Positions 37,258 through 47,943 of a DNA stretch of 58,196 nt are shown one piece after another. The position numbers were made by a program, and so were the translations under genes. The stretch comes from a virus. Its lineage: Duplodnaviria; Caudoviricetes. The stretch is taken from the IMG/VR virus record IMGVR_UViG_3300032087_000460, positions 1 through 58,196 of that record; one strand, given 5' to 3'. Within the stretch, counting starts at the first letter, position 1. Every line of letters begins with the position of its first letter. A model generated the notes under the pieces. It saw only the letters and a list, made by a program, of their open reading frames with translations, was not told where the DNA came from and searched no databases.

Positions 37258-39312
37258 TTAAATATTAAAACCTAAACCTCTACCAATGCTACTTATTATA
37301 TTACCACCACTTTCAGTACCAGCAAACTGTAGTACCGCACCAATACCTGTACCAAATGAGTTAGCTATGGCAGCATCTTCAGCAGCATCAAGTTTAGCTT
37401 GTAGTTGTTGTGCGCTTGCATTGGCATTAAATATTGCTGTAGCAATTCTAGTTTGGCGATCTAGTGCATTTTCAGCAGAGTCGATAGACTTAAATATAGT
37501 GTCACGCATAAACTGCTGTATATTATTATAAGCTGTATTAGATACACCTAAAGCAGCATTAGCGTTAAATTCATTAGCACGATTAATAGCTGCCGTATCT
37601 GCTGTAGCAATCTGTCTACGCCACTGAGCGTTAGACTGTGCTACCACTAAAGCGTTCTGTGAATTAAATTGTTCACGCTGATTTAGTAGATTTGCATTGA
37701 ACTGATTAATTGCATTGGTTTGACCAAGATTAAATTGTTCCATAGCGTTTGACTGACTAGCATTAAACTGACTAATCTGCGAACCTAGTGAAGCAAAAAA
37801 TTGATTAGTCTGATTTTCACTAGTAGCATTAAACTGACGAGCAGCATTTGTAGCAGCCGTGTCACTTAATATAGACTGTACGCGAGACTGTGCATTAAAC
37901 ATAGCGGCTTGTTGTTCGTTACTAAGATTAGCCATGTCTACTTGCAGGAAGTTCTGTGCATTTTGTACAGCAGCTTGTTGCCTATTATTTAGGTTAGCCA
38001 TATCAAGCTGTGACAATGCAGCAGCTTCAGCCATTACAACAGCTTGTCTATTGTTCAAGTTTGCTAAGTTCATAGTATTAGCAGCACGAGAGTTTTCTAA
38101 GATTACCTGTTGCTCTGCATTAAAGTTCATGTTAGCTATATCAGCAATTCTAGCAGAGTTAGCTACTCTAGCTTGAAATGCTTGATCAAACTCTTGGCCA
38201 ATAAACTGAGCGCGTTGCTGTGCTGCAAGCATAGCACGTTGTTGACGATTACTCAAGTTCTGAGATTCAAATTGTGCAAATACAGATGCATCAGCTTGAG
38301 CTATTGGTATAGCTGATTCCATTGCAGCCTGTACTACAGCCTGTCCAGCTAAACTAGAGGCACTTAAACCTCGTGCAGCCATAGCGGCATTAGCCGCGCG
38401 CATAGCTCCTGATGCCCAAGCCGGTGGATTAGCAGCATCAAAGTCTGCATACAAACTCTCTAATTGGCCTTGTACCGTAGCTTTGTCTGTAGGTGATGCG
38501 GTAGCTGCTTGCACTTGCTCAGTAAATGCTGTAGCCTTTTCCGCATTAGCAGAAGGGCTTACTAATTCACCAGCTTGTATCTCACGATTAGCAGGACTAT
38601 TAATAAGATTAGCTGTGCCTTGTGCCGCCTGCACTTGAGATACAGATGATTCAGTCTGTTGTGCCGCTTGTATTTGTTGATCAAAAGCACTCTGCGCTGC
38701 CTCTGCACCAGCTTGTTGTACAGCACCAGCAGCTTGAGCCGCAGTTACTTCAGCAGGTGCAAACGTAGGTGCTACTTGAGCCGCTGTTGTTACACCTGCT
38801 TGCGGTGCTGCCGCTGCAACAGTACCAGCTACTTGTCCTGTACCAGTAGCAATATCTTGTGCTTCAGTTGGTGTAATTTGTTGTGCTGTTATTTGTGCTT
38901 TTTCAGGAGTTTCACCTGCTAGTCTTGCTGTTTCTACTTCACCTAAGTCAACTGGCGCATTTACTGGTGCTTCTACGGCAGGTGTTTCTGTTTGCTGCGA
39001 TGTAGTATTATCTGTAGTAGGCATTAAAACAGAAGGATCAATAGCTGCGCCAGTGTATATAGTAGAACCACCGTCTGCGTACTTTCTAACCATACCGCCA
39101 TCGACAAACCTAACTACACCGCCTCTAGCTGCCATCATAGTTCCTACAGCTTGCTGCTGAAACTGCTCGTACTTAGCTTTGGCGTCAGGGTTCTGTGCTA
39201 GAAACTGCTGAAAACCTTCTTTATTATATGGCGTAGCGCTATAACCTGCTGCCTGTGCAATACGCGGCATAGCGGCATCTGAAAATCTAATATTAGTATA
39301 CGGTGCAGCCAT
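37258..39312 (-). CDS. Q/N/A-rich internal virion (pilot/ejection) protein
   Basis: Repeated ANLNNRQQA / QFNA units, hydrophobic Gly-rich C-terminus, three tandem xxGG motifs. Confidence 0.6.
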   Translation of the reverse strand: MAAPYTNIRFSDAAMPRIAQAAGYSATPYNKEGFQQFLAQNPDAKAKYEQFQQQAVGTMMAARGGVVRFVDGGMVRKYADGGSTIYTGAAIDPSVLMPTTDNTTSQQTETPAVEAPVNAPVDLGEVETARLAGETPEKAQITAQQITPTEAQDIATGTGQVAGTVAAAAPQAGVTTAAQVAPTFAPAEVTAAQAAGAVQQAGAEAAQSAFDQQIQAAQQTESSVSQVQAAQGTANLINSPANREIQAGELVSPSANAEKATAFTEQVQAATASPTDKATVQGQLESLYADFDAANPPAWASGAMRAANAAMAARGLSASSLAGQAVVQAAMESAIPIAQADASVFAQFESQNLSNRQQRAMLAAQQRAQFIGQEFDQAFQARVANSARIADIANMNFNAEQQVILENSRAANTMNLANLNNRQAVVMAEAAALSQLDMANLNNRQQAAVQNAQNFLQVDMANLSNEQQAAMFNAQSRVQSILSDTAATNAARQFNATSENQTNQFFASLGSQISQFNASQSNAMEQFNLGQTNAINQFNANLLNQREQFNSQNALVVAQSNAQWRRQIATADTAAINRANEFNANAALGVSNTAYNNIQQFMRDTIFKSIDSAENALDRQTRIATAIFNANASAQQLQAKLDAAEDAAIANSFGTGIGAVLQFAGTESGGNIISSIGRGLGFNI

Positions 39313-39315
39313 ATT

Positions 39316-39480
39316 TTATTCCTTACTTCTTATCTCTTTAATCGTTTGATATATCCTTAACGACAACCAAATTACAGATAACAATGAGGCCACTGCTGGC
39401 AATAGTTCAAAAAATGATCCTACTGCCAGTGTGACAGCAGACCAGTCAATAAGATTTTTACCTGACGGGTCTAATAGCAT
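39316..39480 (-). CDS. Small holin-like membrane protein (54 aa, not in the ORF track)
   Basis: MLLDPSGKNLIDWSAVTLAVGSFFELLPAVASLLSVIWLSLRIYQTIK... Confidence 0.55.
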   Translation of the reverse strand: MLLDPSGKNLIDWSAVTLAVGSFFELLPAVASLLSVIWLSLRIYQTIKEIRSKE

Positions 39481-39483
39481 TTG

Positions 39484-39705
39484 TTATGCAGCCTCTTCTG
39501 TTTGTTGTTGCTGTAGAGATTGCGTAAGCATATTGACAAACGCTTCTCTACCTACTTCAAGCTGCTGCACATTGAAGCGAGCGCTTGATAACTTACGATC
39601 AAGATCCGTGACATGATTTAACATAGTGCGTTGTTGCTCAGTCATGTCTTCTAGTACATACTCTACGTTGTTAATAACAACAGGGGTCTTTTTATCTTGT
39701 CCCAT
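39484..39705 (-). CDS. Small coiled-coil protein
   Basis: 73 aa with AAAGGA RBS. Confidence 0.65.
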   Translation of the reverse strand: MGQDKKTPVVINNVEYVLEDMTEQQRTMLNHVTDLDRKLSSARFNVQQLEVGREAFVNMLTQSLQQQQTEEAA

Positions 39706-39735
39706 TGTTTAGTCCTTTCTATGTTAGAGTTTATT

Positions 39736-40197
39736 TTAACTCGGCGCTTCTGGCCAAGTTACATTATACCATACAACTCCTGTGTAATCAGCATTCCAGT
39801 GTAATTCTGGATTAGGATAATTAGCAGGCAAGTCACGTAAAGCATTACGATATGTTGACCATTCAGTTTGTTTTTCTGCTGTTAGTGTTGACCATTTTGT
39901 AGGCATTTCAATGTAGTCTGTTTTTTCAAGACGAAAGTTACGATCTCTACGTAGCAGTGCCATTGCGTCATCGCCAGTTATATTCTCTGGTGGCACCCAG
40001 TCTGCTATAGGACCATAATCACCTGCTATTGCTCTATTATATATTTCAACTCCGTGCGGTTCTACGTCATTTGGATCAGCAGTAAAGGGAACGTATTCTT
40101 CATCAAGTTCATCAAAATCAACTTCAACATTAACCTTTGTTTGTTGGAAGTTTGCCCATTTAGGATTACGCACACTATTAATTGTTCTAATCATCAT
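39736..40197 (-). CDS. Tail fibre assembly chaperone
   Basis: PFTADPND...LRRDRNFRL..TD...YRNALRDLP...WP. Confidence 0.8.
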   Translation of the reverse strand: MMIRTINSVRNPKWANFQQTKVNVEVDFDELDEEYVPFTADPNDVEPHGVEIYNRAIAGDYGPIADWVPPENITGDDAMALLRRDRNFRLEKTDYIEMPTKWSTLTAEKQTEWSTYRNALRDLPANYPNPELHWNADYTGVVWYNVTWPEAPS

Positions 40198-40209
40198 ATT
40201 TCCTTTTTA

Positions 40210-42144
40210 CTACGCTGTTCTAACAAATAAGCCGAGAGAGTTAAAACTACTTGAAGAATCTGATCTACTCGGACCCATATTTCTCCATGTTCCGCTCAGA
40301 GTTGCAGATGATAAGGAGTTAGCCCCAGTACCTACGTCCACAATAGAACCCTCAGAATATTCAAGTCCCATTATGTAATAATTAGAAAATGTGGCGCTAG
40401 AGTATGCTAAATCTGAACCTGTTATTGTTCCACCAACAGTCGAGTTGGTGCCGCTATCAATATGAAAAAAGAAACCGTATGTTCCAACGGCACCAAAACT
40501 GGTGCTAACAGGAGTAGTAACACTAAACGTAGTACCGCTTAAAGTTAAACCTGTACCCGCAGAGTATGTAGTGTTAGTATCTGTGTCGGTACTGCTAATC
40601 GTAAAGTTAGGGTACGTTCCAGATACACTAGTTGCACCACTTCCGGTAAGAGTAACTGTTTGATCCGGTGCTGAGTTTGAGAATGTTGTACCACTTAATG
40701 TCAAGCCGCTGCCTGCTGTATACGTAGTGTTTGTGTCTACAGGTACTGCCCATGTAAATGAACCATCACCATCTGAACGTAAAAACTGCGTGTTAGTACC
40801 ATTACCAGTAACATTTAATTCATTAGCATTTATAGAATTTGCTGGAATGGTAGTGCTAATACCAGATATTTGAGTATCAACATAAGCTTTAATAGATTGT
40901 TGTGTAGCTAGTTTAGCGGCACTATTCGAAGACATAGTGTCTTCATCAAGAACGCCTGTAACTGTAGTGCCTGTTATATTTAAGCTTGTGCCTGTAAGGC
41001 TTGTACCACTAATAGCCCCTGTTGACGTTAAGCTTGTGCCAGATAAAGCTCCACTAGATGACAAGCTACCGACAGAAGCGGCACCACTCGATGTCAAACT
41101 AGTAAACGTACCAGCAGCAGGAGTTGTAGCACCTATAGTTGTGCCATTAATAGCACCGCCTGTAATAGATACAGAACTAGATGCTTGAGTAGCAATAGAA
41201 CCTAACCCTAAAGACGTACGTGCTGTAGAGCCACTCTCGACAACCCATGTAGTACCATTACCAACAATAAAGTTACTGTCTGTTTTAGCTAAACCTGCAA
41301 TAGTGTCTAAGTCAGTGTCCCATGCCTGTACGTCTGTACCGATTGTGAGACCTAATGAAGTACGTGCTGTTGCACCACTTTCTGCTACCCAGTTAACTCC
41401 ATTACCAACGATAAAGTTACCGTCTGTAACAGCTAGTCCGGCTATGTCTGCTAAACCTGCATCATAAGCTTGTACATCTGAGCCTATTGCTACACCTAAG
41501 TTAGTACGGGCAGCAGATGCTGTTGATGCTCCTGTACCACCGTCAGCAACAGTAATATCTGTAATGCCTGTAATTGTACCGCCGTTAATATTTACAGTAG
41601 TAACTGTACCTAAGTCAGACCATGTGCCTGTTAATGAACCACCACTACTAGCTGTAAGCGTACCACCTACAGTAAGTGTACCGCTAAGGTCTGTAGTAGC
41701 TGCATTAACGTCTAAAGTTGTTGTTGTAATTTCAACTTCCGTACCAGCATCAATATCTAATTGACCTACGGCACTAGAGTTAATAAAGTTAGAGGCACTA
41801 CGAAATTCTACTTTCTTGTCTGTATCTACAAGAACGCTTCTACCTAAACCATCAATGTACGCCTTACCGTCAATGTATATGTCTTGAAATTCTAATAAGT
41901 CACTACCAATATTTAATGTGCCCGTAGTCTTTGGTAGTACTTCAGTAGCGCTAACAACAAGATCTTGTGCAGGACCAACAACAGTAACAGGACCACCTTC
42001 AGCCGTAGTACCGTCATGTGTATGTCCAGACGTACTAAAGGCAGTTACAATAGAGTCAAATTCACCATCAAGATCCGAAGCATTAATAATATTACCGTCA
42101 GATATATTATTAGATGTATCGTTTCTTGTATATCCCGTACCCAT
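40210..42144 (-). CDS. Tail fibre protein
   Basis: N-terminal anchor (INASDLDGEFD...GHTHDG), ARTSLGL repeats, TTYTAGSGLTLSGTTF repeats, C-terminal GTWRNMG...LFVR. Confidence 0.8.
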   Translation of the reverse strand: MGTGYTRNDTSNNISDGNIINASDLDGEFDSIVTAFSTSGHTHDGTTAEGGPVTVVGPAQDLVVSATEVLPKTTGTLNIGSDLLEFQDIYIDGKAYIDGLGRSVLVDTDKKVEFRSASNFINSSAVGQLDIDAGTEVEITTTTLDVNAATTDLSGTLTVGGTLTASSGGSLTGTWSDLGTVTTVNINGGTITGITDITVADGGTGASTASAARTNLGVAIGSDVQAYDAGLADIAGLAVTDGNFIVGNGVNWVAESGATARTSLGLTIGTDVQAWDTDLDTIAGLAKTDSNFIVGNGTTWVVESGSTARTSLGLGSIATQASSSVSITGGAINGTTIGATTPAAGTFTSLTSSGAASVGSLSSSGALSGTSLTSTGAISGTSLTGTSLNITGTTVTGVLDEDTMSSNSAAKLATQQSIKAYVDTQISGISTTIPANSINANELNVTGNGTNTQFLRSDGDGSFTWAVPVDTNTTYTAGSGLTLSGTTFSNSAPDQTVTLTGSGATSVSGTYPNFTISSTDTDTNTTYSAGTGLTLSGTTFSVTTPVSTSFGAVGTYGFFFHIDSGTNSTVGGTITGSDLAYSSATFSNYYIMGLEYSEGSIVDVGTGANSLSSATLSGTWRNMGPSRSDSSSSFNSLGLFVRTA

Positions 42145-42147
42145 ATG

Positions 42148-44319
42148 TTATCTCCTTGCGTTGTTAGCGTATTCTATCGTAACAGCGTCTAATGCAAATG
42201 AAGGATTAGTATTGTCACTAGTGAAACTTAATGATCCTGTATATCCTGATCCTATTAACTGTGCCTCAAATACGTATTGTAGCTTACCACCAAATGACCC
42301 TGTACCATATGTACCACTACCATAAACAGACACAGATGTATCAGCCTCCAGTAAGTTAGATATAGAGATTGGTGTAGGCTGTGTTGTGCCAATCTGGTCA
42401 AAGTCTAATCTCAAGTCAGCATTAAATGAAACTATGCCTGACGGATCTGTGTACAAAAACATCTTATAGAATGTTTTACGTACTCGCGGATCAGTTACAG
42501 GCAAGTTAGGTGTAGCAAATGTAGCAGGTATATTACCGCCAGCAAAGCTAGAACCTTGTTCTAATTGATAAATGTATCCTGACTTATTTGCAAATACTAT
42601 AATCTCACTTCCGTCATCAAAATAACTATCTGCTACGTAAGAGTTAATACCTCTTGTTTCTGCCAACGCTATACCACCGCCACCTTCTTGAGCTAATTGA
42701 GTAGCAATTATACCTTTTGCTGCGTCATTTGTATAGGACGGTGCATAACCAAAAAGCCTATACTGTGACTTGCCACGTATAACTATGCTAGAATAAGAAC
42801 TGCTAGTAGTAGTAAAGCTACTAAACTCACTCTGTATTGCTTTAGATACGTTAGCAAAATTAAAGTCTCCATTACGCTCAGTAGCACTTAATAGCCTAAG
42901 TCCATCTGGACCTAAGAACATAACGTCTGTACCTATTTCTTGTATAGTGTCTCCATCTAAACAACCTATGTCTCTAGTTACAGGATCTAATCTAAAGTCT
43001 GCAATAGTAGAGCCGCTTAGACGGTATATAGCATTCTCTGTAAATATAAATAATTGTTCTCTAAATACAGCTAAACCAGATATAGTGTCACCTACATTTA
43101 GTGTACCAGCACCATTAGCTGCACTAAAGTCTGAATCTGTATATACTGCTGTGAAAGTTATATCAGAACCTTTAGTAAAAAACAAGCTATTTTTAAAGTT
43201 TTTTACACGAGTAGAACCAGTAACATCAGACGGTGCATCATTTAAAACGGTATACGTACTTCCATCATATATAGCCGGATTGTTAAATCCATCAACAAGT
43301 ATAATTTTATCTGTCCCATCAAAGTTATACCGCTCATAACGCAATCTCCCTGCACCATCACGCGATAAAGATAAGAATGATATAAGAGCATTATCGGCTG
43401 GACTACTAGCTAATGCTGGACTAATTGCTAGTGTAGCACCGCCTGCTGTAACTGTAGCATTAGACGTAACAGTGTATACATTATCTACACCAGCAATAGT
43501 AAATACGTCACCTACTCTTGGCGCACTAGTTAAGTCATCTACGATTAAGCTAGATCCTGTTTGTGATCCACCGTTTACTTTAACTGCACCATATGAAGGA
43601 ACATTAATCTGAGTGTATGTTGTGCCTGACGTTTTAAGTGTATCATTATTCCTCTGTACAATAACGTCGTCACCAAATACAGCTACGCCAGTTATCAGAT
43701 ACGGTGATGTTGTGCTTGTGAATGTTAAAGCAGCCGCATTAGCTGGACTAGCAACAAGACTACTAGATAATGTTAAGGCTGCTCTATTATTAGCGGCATC
43801 AAATGTAAAACTAGATATAGTGTATGAAGACGTAAATGTTAACTCAACGTCATCTGCCAATGTAACTTCAGCAGATGCCGTAACTGTACCTGCACTATAA
43901 GCCGACACTGTTGTACCACTCGGTATGCCTGTACCTGATATAACCATGCCTGACGATATTGTACCTGCCACATTATCAACAATAATAGTGGTAGATGCAG
44001 ACACTGCACCGTTTACGTCAGCAGTACCAGACACTAGTGTAAATACGTCACCTGCTTCTGGTGCTTTATGTATGTTAGCAATATTTAATATTGTGCCTGT
44101 CTGAGATGCACCATTAACTACAGGCGCACCATACGGAGGCACTATGTCATTGTTATACTTAATAAAACCATTAATACGTCTATAACCACCTTCAATAGAT
44201 GGTTCAAAGTTACGTAATATTGTAGCACTACCCGGAGCGTTTAGACCTTGCTGTAACGGACTAAGATTAGTTACTAAGCCACCTCTAAACTCAATAGGAT
44301 AAGTTTGCCATGTTTCCAT
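42148..44319 (-). CDS. Tail nozzle / tubular protein B-like with inserted domains
   Basis: NFEPSIEGGYRRING, IGC...TIQE...FLGPDG; directly after the adaptor gene. Confidence 0.7.
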   Translation of the reverse strand: METWQTYPIEFRGGLVTNLSPLQQGLNAPGSATILRNFEPSIEGGYRRINGFIKYNNDIVPPYGAPVVNGASQTGTILNIANIHKAPEAGDVFTLVSGTADVNGAVSASTTIIVDNVAGTISSGMVISGTGIPSGTTVSAYSAGTVTASAEVTLADDVELTFTSSYTISSFTFDAANNRAALTLSSSLVASPANAAALTFTSTTSPYLITGVAVFGDDVIVQRNNDTLKTSGTTYTQINVPSYGAVKVNGGSQTGSSLIVDDLTSAPRVGDVFTIAGVDNVYTVTSNATVTAGGATLAISPALASSPADNALISFLSLSRDGAGRLRYERYNFDGTDKIILVDGFNNPAIYDGSTYTVLNDAPSDVTGSTRVKNFKNSLFFTKGSDITFTAVYTDSDFSAANGAGTLNVGDTISGLAVFREQLFIFTENAIYRLSGSTIADFRLDPVTRDIGCLDGDTIQEIGTDVMFLGPDGLRLLSATERNGDFNFANVSKAIQSEFSSFTTTSSSYSSIVIRGKSQYRLFGYAPSYTNDAAKGIIATQLAQEGGGGIALAETRGINSYVADSYFDDGSEIIVFANKSGYIYQLEQGSSFAGGNIPATFATPNLPVTDPRVRKTFYKMFLYTDPSGIVSFNADLRLDFDQIGTTQPTPISISNLLEADTSVSVYGSGTYGTGSFGGKLQYVFEAQLIGSGYTGSLSFTSDNTNPSFALDAVTIEYANNARR

Positions 44320-45071
44320 TATAGTGAATCCAACGAAGAGCCTGCGTTAGAAGATGAAGTAGCTAAACGCCCTCCACCCTGATTATTACTAACCATATAA
44401 CTACGTAAATACTCATATCTATTAATAAGCATACTACGCATATTCTTAATACCGTCTTCAAACTTCTGTAGTGACACGGTAGCCATCTGTGTGTCACCCC
44501 TAAACAGATAAGCATAGTACATAGAACCATCTACAATAATATGTTTAAATCGTTCTGGTACATTAGCCACGTCTGTAGCAAGTTCTAAATCTACAGGTAT
44601 ACGATAATATTCATAAACAACAGTATATGCTTGATCTGGTGGAGGAACCATTCCGTACTCTAAAGACGGTGCATGAAATACATAATTAGGTAAGCTATTG
44701 TTTACTGTAAGTGTTTTATATTCTTGTGATACAGCTTTTTCTAAATATTCTTCGTAATCTAATACCTTTAGTTTTTTAGTATTTGTGTTTAATGAACTAT
44801 CTTCTTTAATTCTAAAACTATCAAATGATATAACCTTACAGTCATACGGAAATGGATACCGTGTAATACCTGCTGTAAGTGTATCTTCTTGTGTTACATG
44901 ATTAAATGGCCAACTATATTCAGACTGATTAATATGTCTAAGTGACGCATTAACAGCGTCTTTAGCATGAGCATAAAAACCTTTAGCTGTACTAAAGTTA
45001 GATGCAGTCAACTCAACTTCGTTAAGCCTTCTGTTTATTTCGTTTACAAGACCGAGAAAGTTATATGCCAT
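44319..45071 (-). CDS. Head-tail adaptor / tubular protein A-like
   Basis: LVNEINRRLNE, WPF, PERFKHIIVDG. Confidence 0.7.
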   Translation of the reverse strand: MAYNFLGLVNEINRRLNEVELTASNFSTAKGFYAHAKDAVNASLRHINQSEYSWPFNHVTQEDTLTAGITRYPFPYDCKVISFDSFRIKEDSSLNTNTKKLKVLDYEEYLEKAVSQEYKTLTVNNSLPNYVFHAPSLEYGMVPPPDQAYTVVYEYYRIPVDLELATDVANVPERFKHIIVDGSMYYAYLFRGDTQMATVSLQKFEDGIKNMRSMLINRYEYLRSYMVSNNQGGGRLATSSSNAGSSLDSL

Positions 45072-45421
45072 TATTTCTCTCTTATAGTTAGTTTAATAGA
45101 CCGTTCAGCGGTGCTTCCTGTACTGTCTGTCATTTTGCACATGAAGGTATATTCACGGTTAAGAACACCACCTGCTATATTAATTGTAGCGACAGTGCTA
45201 GTATTTGATTCCGATATATTTTGTATACTGTCCGTAACTGCACCACCAGATGCTGTAGTTAAGTCTTGACCAGAAGCTAGTGTAGTCTTACCAATCTCAT
45301 TAGTTTTAACGTACCACACAACAGTACTGATTGACGCTTCAGCAGACTCTAGAAAGCGTGACCAATCTACACTATAATCTAGTGTTTCATCAGGATCTTT
45401 AACAGGCCATCTAAAAGACAT
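45071..45421 (-). CDS. Virion adaptor-like protein
   Basis: KDPDETLDYSVDWS motif. Confidence 0.6.
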   Translation of the reverse strand: MSFRWPVKDPDETLDYSVDWSRFLESAEASISTVVWYVKTNEIGKTTLASGQDLTTASGGAVTDSIQNISESNTSTVATINIAGGVLNREYTFMCKMTDSTGSTAERSIKLTIREK

Positions 45422-45428
45422 TATATTA

Positions 45429-45536
45429 TTACTCCGTTACGTAAACAGTGCGATCATATGAATCGGTTTGACGTTCTACATATACAGTACGTTGTTCTTT
45501 AGGTACTCTCACAGTTCTTTCATATGTTGTAGACAT
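45429..45536 (-). CDS. 35-aa peptide with three RTVxV repeats (not in the ORF track)
   Basis: MSTTYERTVRVPKEQRTVYVERQTDSYDRTVYVTE; TAATG coupling to the upstream gene. Confidence 0.5.
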   Translation of the reverse strand: MSTTYERTVRVPKEQRTVYVERQTDSYDRTVYVTE

Positions 45537-46219
45537 TATGCAACTCTCGGTATGTATACGCAGCGTTTTCTGCTATAGACTGTTTTAAATGCATCATAGT
45601 CAAATTGTACTGCATCTATGGTTGGTGTGCCTACAGTTAATGTTAATGCGTTTGTTGTTAGTAGATGTATTACATTGACGGTAACATCACCTACAGAGCT
45701 TGTACCTTCTACACCTACAAACGTATCAATTACGTAGGTAACAAATACTTCACCAAGAGCGCTTGTAGCTTCAACGCCTGTTGGTATAACCACTACGTTA
45801 TGTTGTGTAGTACCTAATGCGCTTGTTGCAGAAACACCACTAACATCTGTAATAATATTAGGCTGTATTGTACCTACAGAGCCTGTAGCGCTAACGCCGT
45901 TTACAAACTCTGTTAAGTTAGGTGCTACCGTACCAACGCTGCTAGTGCCTATTACACCGCTCACAGGCTGCTTTATTGGTAACGTGAGGGTACCTACACT
46001 GCCTGTAGCAGATACGCCTGTAGAGGGCTGTGAGACCGGTACAGTGATACTTCCAGCACTGCCAGTACTAGATACACCACTTATACCTACATTAGCAGTA
46101 AGGTTTAAGGTAATAGTACCTATACTGCCAGTAGCAGATACGCCCGTGACAGCTACATCAGCGTCTATGTAGGCGCTACTAGCTAATGGAAATGAAGCTA
46201 GAGGTGATATAGCGGTCAT
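45536..46219 (-). CDS. Repetitive beta-fibre protein
   Basis: About eight ~21-aa GVSATGSVGT repeats. Confidence 0.7.
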   Translation of the reverse strand: MTAISPLASFPLASSAYIDADVAVTGVSATGSIGTITLNLTANVGISGVSSTGSAGSITVPVSQPSTGVSATGSVGTLTLPIKQPVSGVIGTSSVGTVAPNLTEFVNGVSATGSVGTIQPNIITDVSGVSATSALGTTQHNVVVIPTGVEATSALGEVFVTYVIDTFVGVEGTSSVGDVTVNVIHLLTTNALTLTVGTPTIDAVQFDYDAFKTVYSRKRCVYIPRVA

Positions 46220-46229
46220 ATGTTAAACC

Positions 46230-46424
46230 TTAGTCGGCGTCTGCTATGGTTAATTCACCTGCATTTACTTGGCGCATGATTTCGTCGTAATGGCGGTTGC
46301 CCTCTGCGATTGGCACGAACATCTCTTGTCCGTCTATTGTGGCTTTGATGGATGTGTTCTCCGACGTACCATCGGGAAGTATTACTTCTATATACTGAGC
46401 TGAGGAAATATTCGTGTCTTCCAT
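46230..46424 (-). CDS. Small tail-associated protein
   Basis: VPIAEGNRHY motif. Confidence 0.6.
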   Translation of the reverse strand: MEDTNISSAQYIEVILPDGTSENTSIKATIDGQEMFVPIAEGNRHYDEIMRQVNAGELTIADAD

Positions 46425-46425
46425 C

Positions 46426-47532
46426 TTATAACTCCGCGTCTACGTCAACAGAAGTTGTACCTGTAGAAAACAATATGGAATTGCTACCCGCTGTAAGCCC
46501 GGAATAACCTGAACCATAAACTCGACATTGTTTAGGGCCAGCAACCTGTATGGTGTGACTGCCGACGCTAGATGGATAACCCCCTGTTGAATTTAAAAAA
46601 GTAATCGTTCCACTACTCGTACCCGCAGAGGGTAGAGTAACAGTCGGGGCAGTCCTTTTTTCTGTATAATAAAGTAAACCATTAGCGGTGGTACTAGCTC
46701 CACCTGTCTGACCCTGTAAAACGTAATCTGTACCTAAAAAGTTAAGCCTTTCAAAGTACCTCTTGCACGAATTTAGTTCTTCCCCTGCTGACCTATGCTC
46801 GAACGGGGTTGCTACGTCGCCGAGTTCAAGCTGGACGCCTGTGAGATAAAATGTTGCGCTAGAAGTTGTACATAGTGAATTGTTAATTCCTGTAGCTAAA
46901 GCGTCTTTATTATACGCAATCCAATTTGTTGCAGGGGTTCCTTCTCTATCTGGACCCGCCATTAAATAAAAACTTAGTTGTAAACCTAAGCCATTGTCAT
47001 TATTGAAAGAACCCGAAACATCTCCAGAAATTGAAACTGATTTATATTCCCATGTGTTTGTAGTGTTTACTGAAAAGGTTCGTGTAGTTAAACGATCTAC
47101 ATCAATATTATGAGCGTTCAGAGCAAAAGTTCCAGTTACACTAGATTTAACCCAAAAAGAAACAGTAAACGATTTTGCTGCGGATGCTCCAAATGCAAGG
47201 CTTTGTAAATCTTGTGCTTCTATACGGTATTGAATAGCCGCTTGTTCATCTCCCTCTACCGCAGTTTCTGGAGTAGCTACAGTTAACTTTAGGCTATTAT
47301 TAAAACCGTCTGGAGCATCCGAACTTTGCTCCATGTTCATAACTAAATTATCGTTATTAGTGCTAAAATTCATATACCATCTATCGACTGTAAAATACCC
47401 AGACGAAGCCCCAATTCCAGTGCTGCTAGTCCCCCGCTGCGCCACCTGCATCGCACCGTTGATGATAAGATTACGCCTGCCGCCAATTTGGCCAATGTTG
47501 AGACCAGCGGGGTCAATGGTTGATACAGCCAT
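46426..47532 (-). CDS. Receptor-binding protein with CBM-like domain
   Basis: RNLIINGAMQVAQRG...DRW...VSFWVKS...GVQLELG..ATPFEHR...CKRYF. Confidence 0.75.
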   Translation of the reverse strand: MAVSTIDPAGLNIGQIGGRRNLIINGAMQVAQRGTSSTGIGASSGYFTVDRWYMNFSTNNDNLVMNMEQSSDAPDGFNNSLKLTVATPETAVEGDEQAAIQYRIEAQDLQSLAFGASAAKSFTVSFWVKSSVTGTFALNAHNIDVDRLTTRTFSVNTTNTWEYKSVSISGDVSGSFNNDNGLGLQLSFYLMAGPDREGTPATNWIAYNKDALATGINNSLCTTSSATFYLTGVQLELGDVATPFEHRSAGEELNSCKRYFERLNFLGTDYVLQGQTGGASTTANGLLYYTEKRTAPTVTLPSAGTSSGTITFLNSTGGYPSSVGSHTIQVAGPKQCRVYGSGYSGLTAGSNSILFSTGTTSVDVDAEL

Positions 47533-47543
47533 TCGTTACGTCC

Positions 47544-47927
47544 TTATGGTTTAGTCGGCCATACTACGTCGTCGAGTGACGTATAGTTCTCAGGTACATC
47601 ACGCAGTGCCTGACGGTACGCAGTCTGTTCTGCAGTCATCGTGCGGTCTGCTACTGCCCACCAATCTGTCTGTGCTAACCTACGGTCACGCTCTTCACGC
47701 AAGAGGCGCATAGGTTCAGCGGCAATAAGTTCAGCTTTCTTTGCTGACACTTCGGCCCATGTGAAACCCCAATCAGCAGGGTTGCTACTTTCAATAGCTG
47801 AACCGTTAGCGTCTGCTCCTGTTACCTTACGGAACATAAGACCAAACTCAGTTTCAGTCGTAGGCTCACCCCGCAGCACCCATTCGGTAACGCCGAGTTC
47901 TGTTAATGCTGTTGCTATAGTTGTCAT
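47544..47927 (-). CDS. Tail fibre assembly chaperone
   Basis: LREERDRRLAQTDWW...YRQALRDVP...WPTKP. Confidence 0.8.
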   Translation of the reverse strand: MTTIATALTELGVTEWVLRGEPTTETEFGLMFRKVTGADANGSAIESSNPADWGFTWAEVSAKKAELIAAEPMRLLREERDRRLAQTDWWAVADRTMTAEQTAYRQALRDVPENYTSLDDVVWPTKP

Positions 47928-47943
47928 TTGTTTATCCTATTTA

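Noticed and set aside
31908-44000. Numerous plus-strand ORFs antisense to structural genes
   Set aside because: They lack an RBS or motifs and are explained by the codon bias of the Ala/Thr/Gly-rich sense genes.
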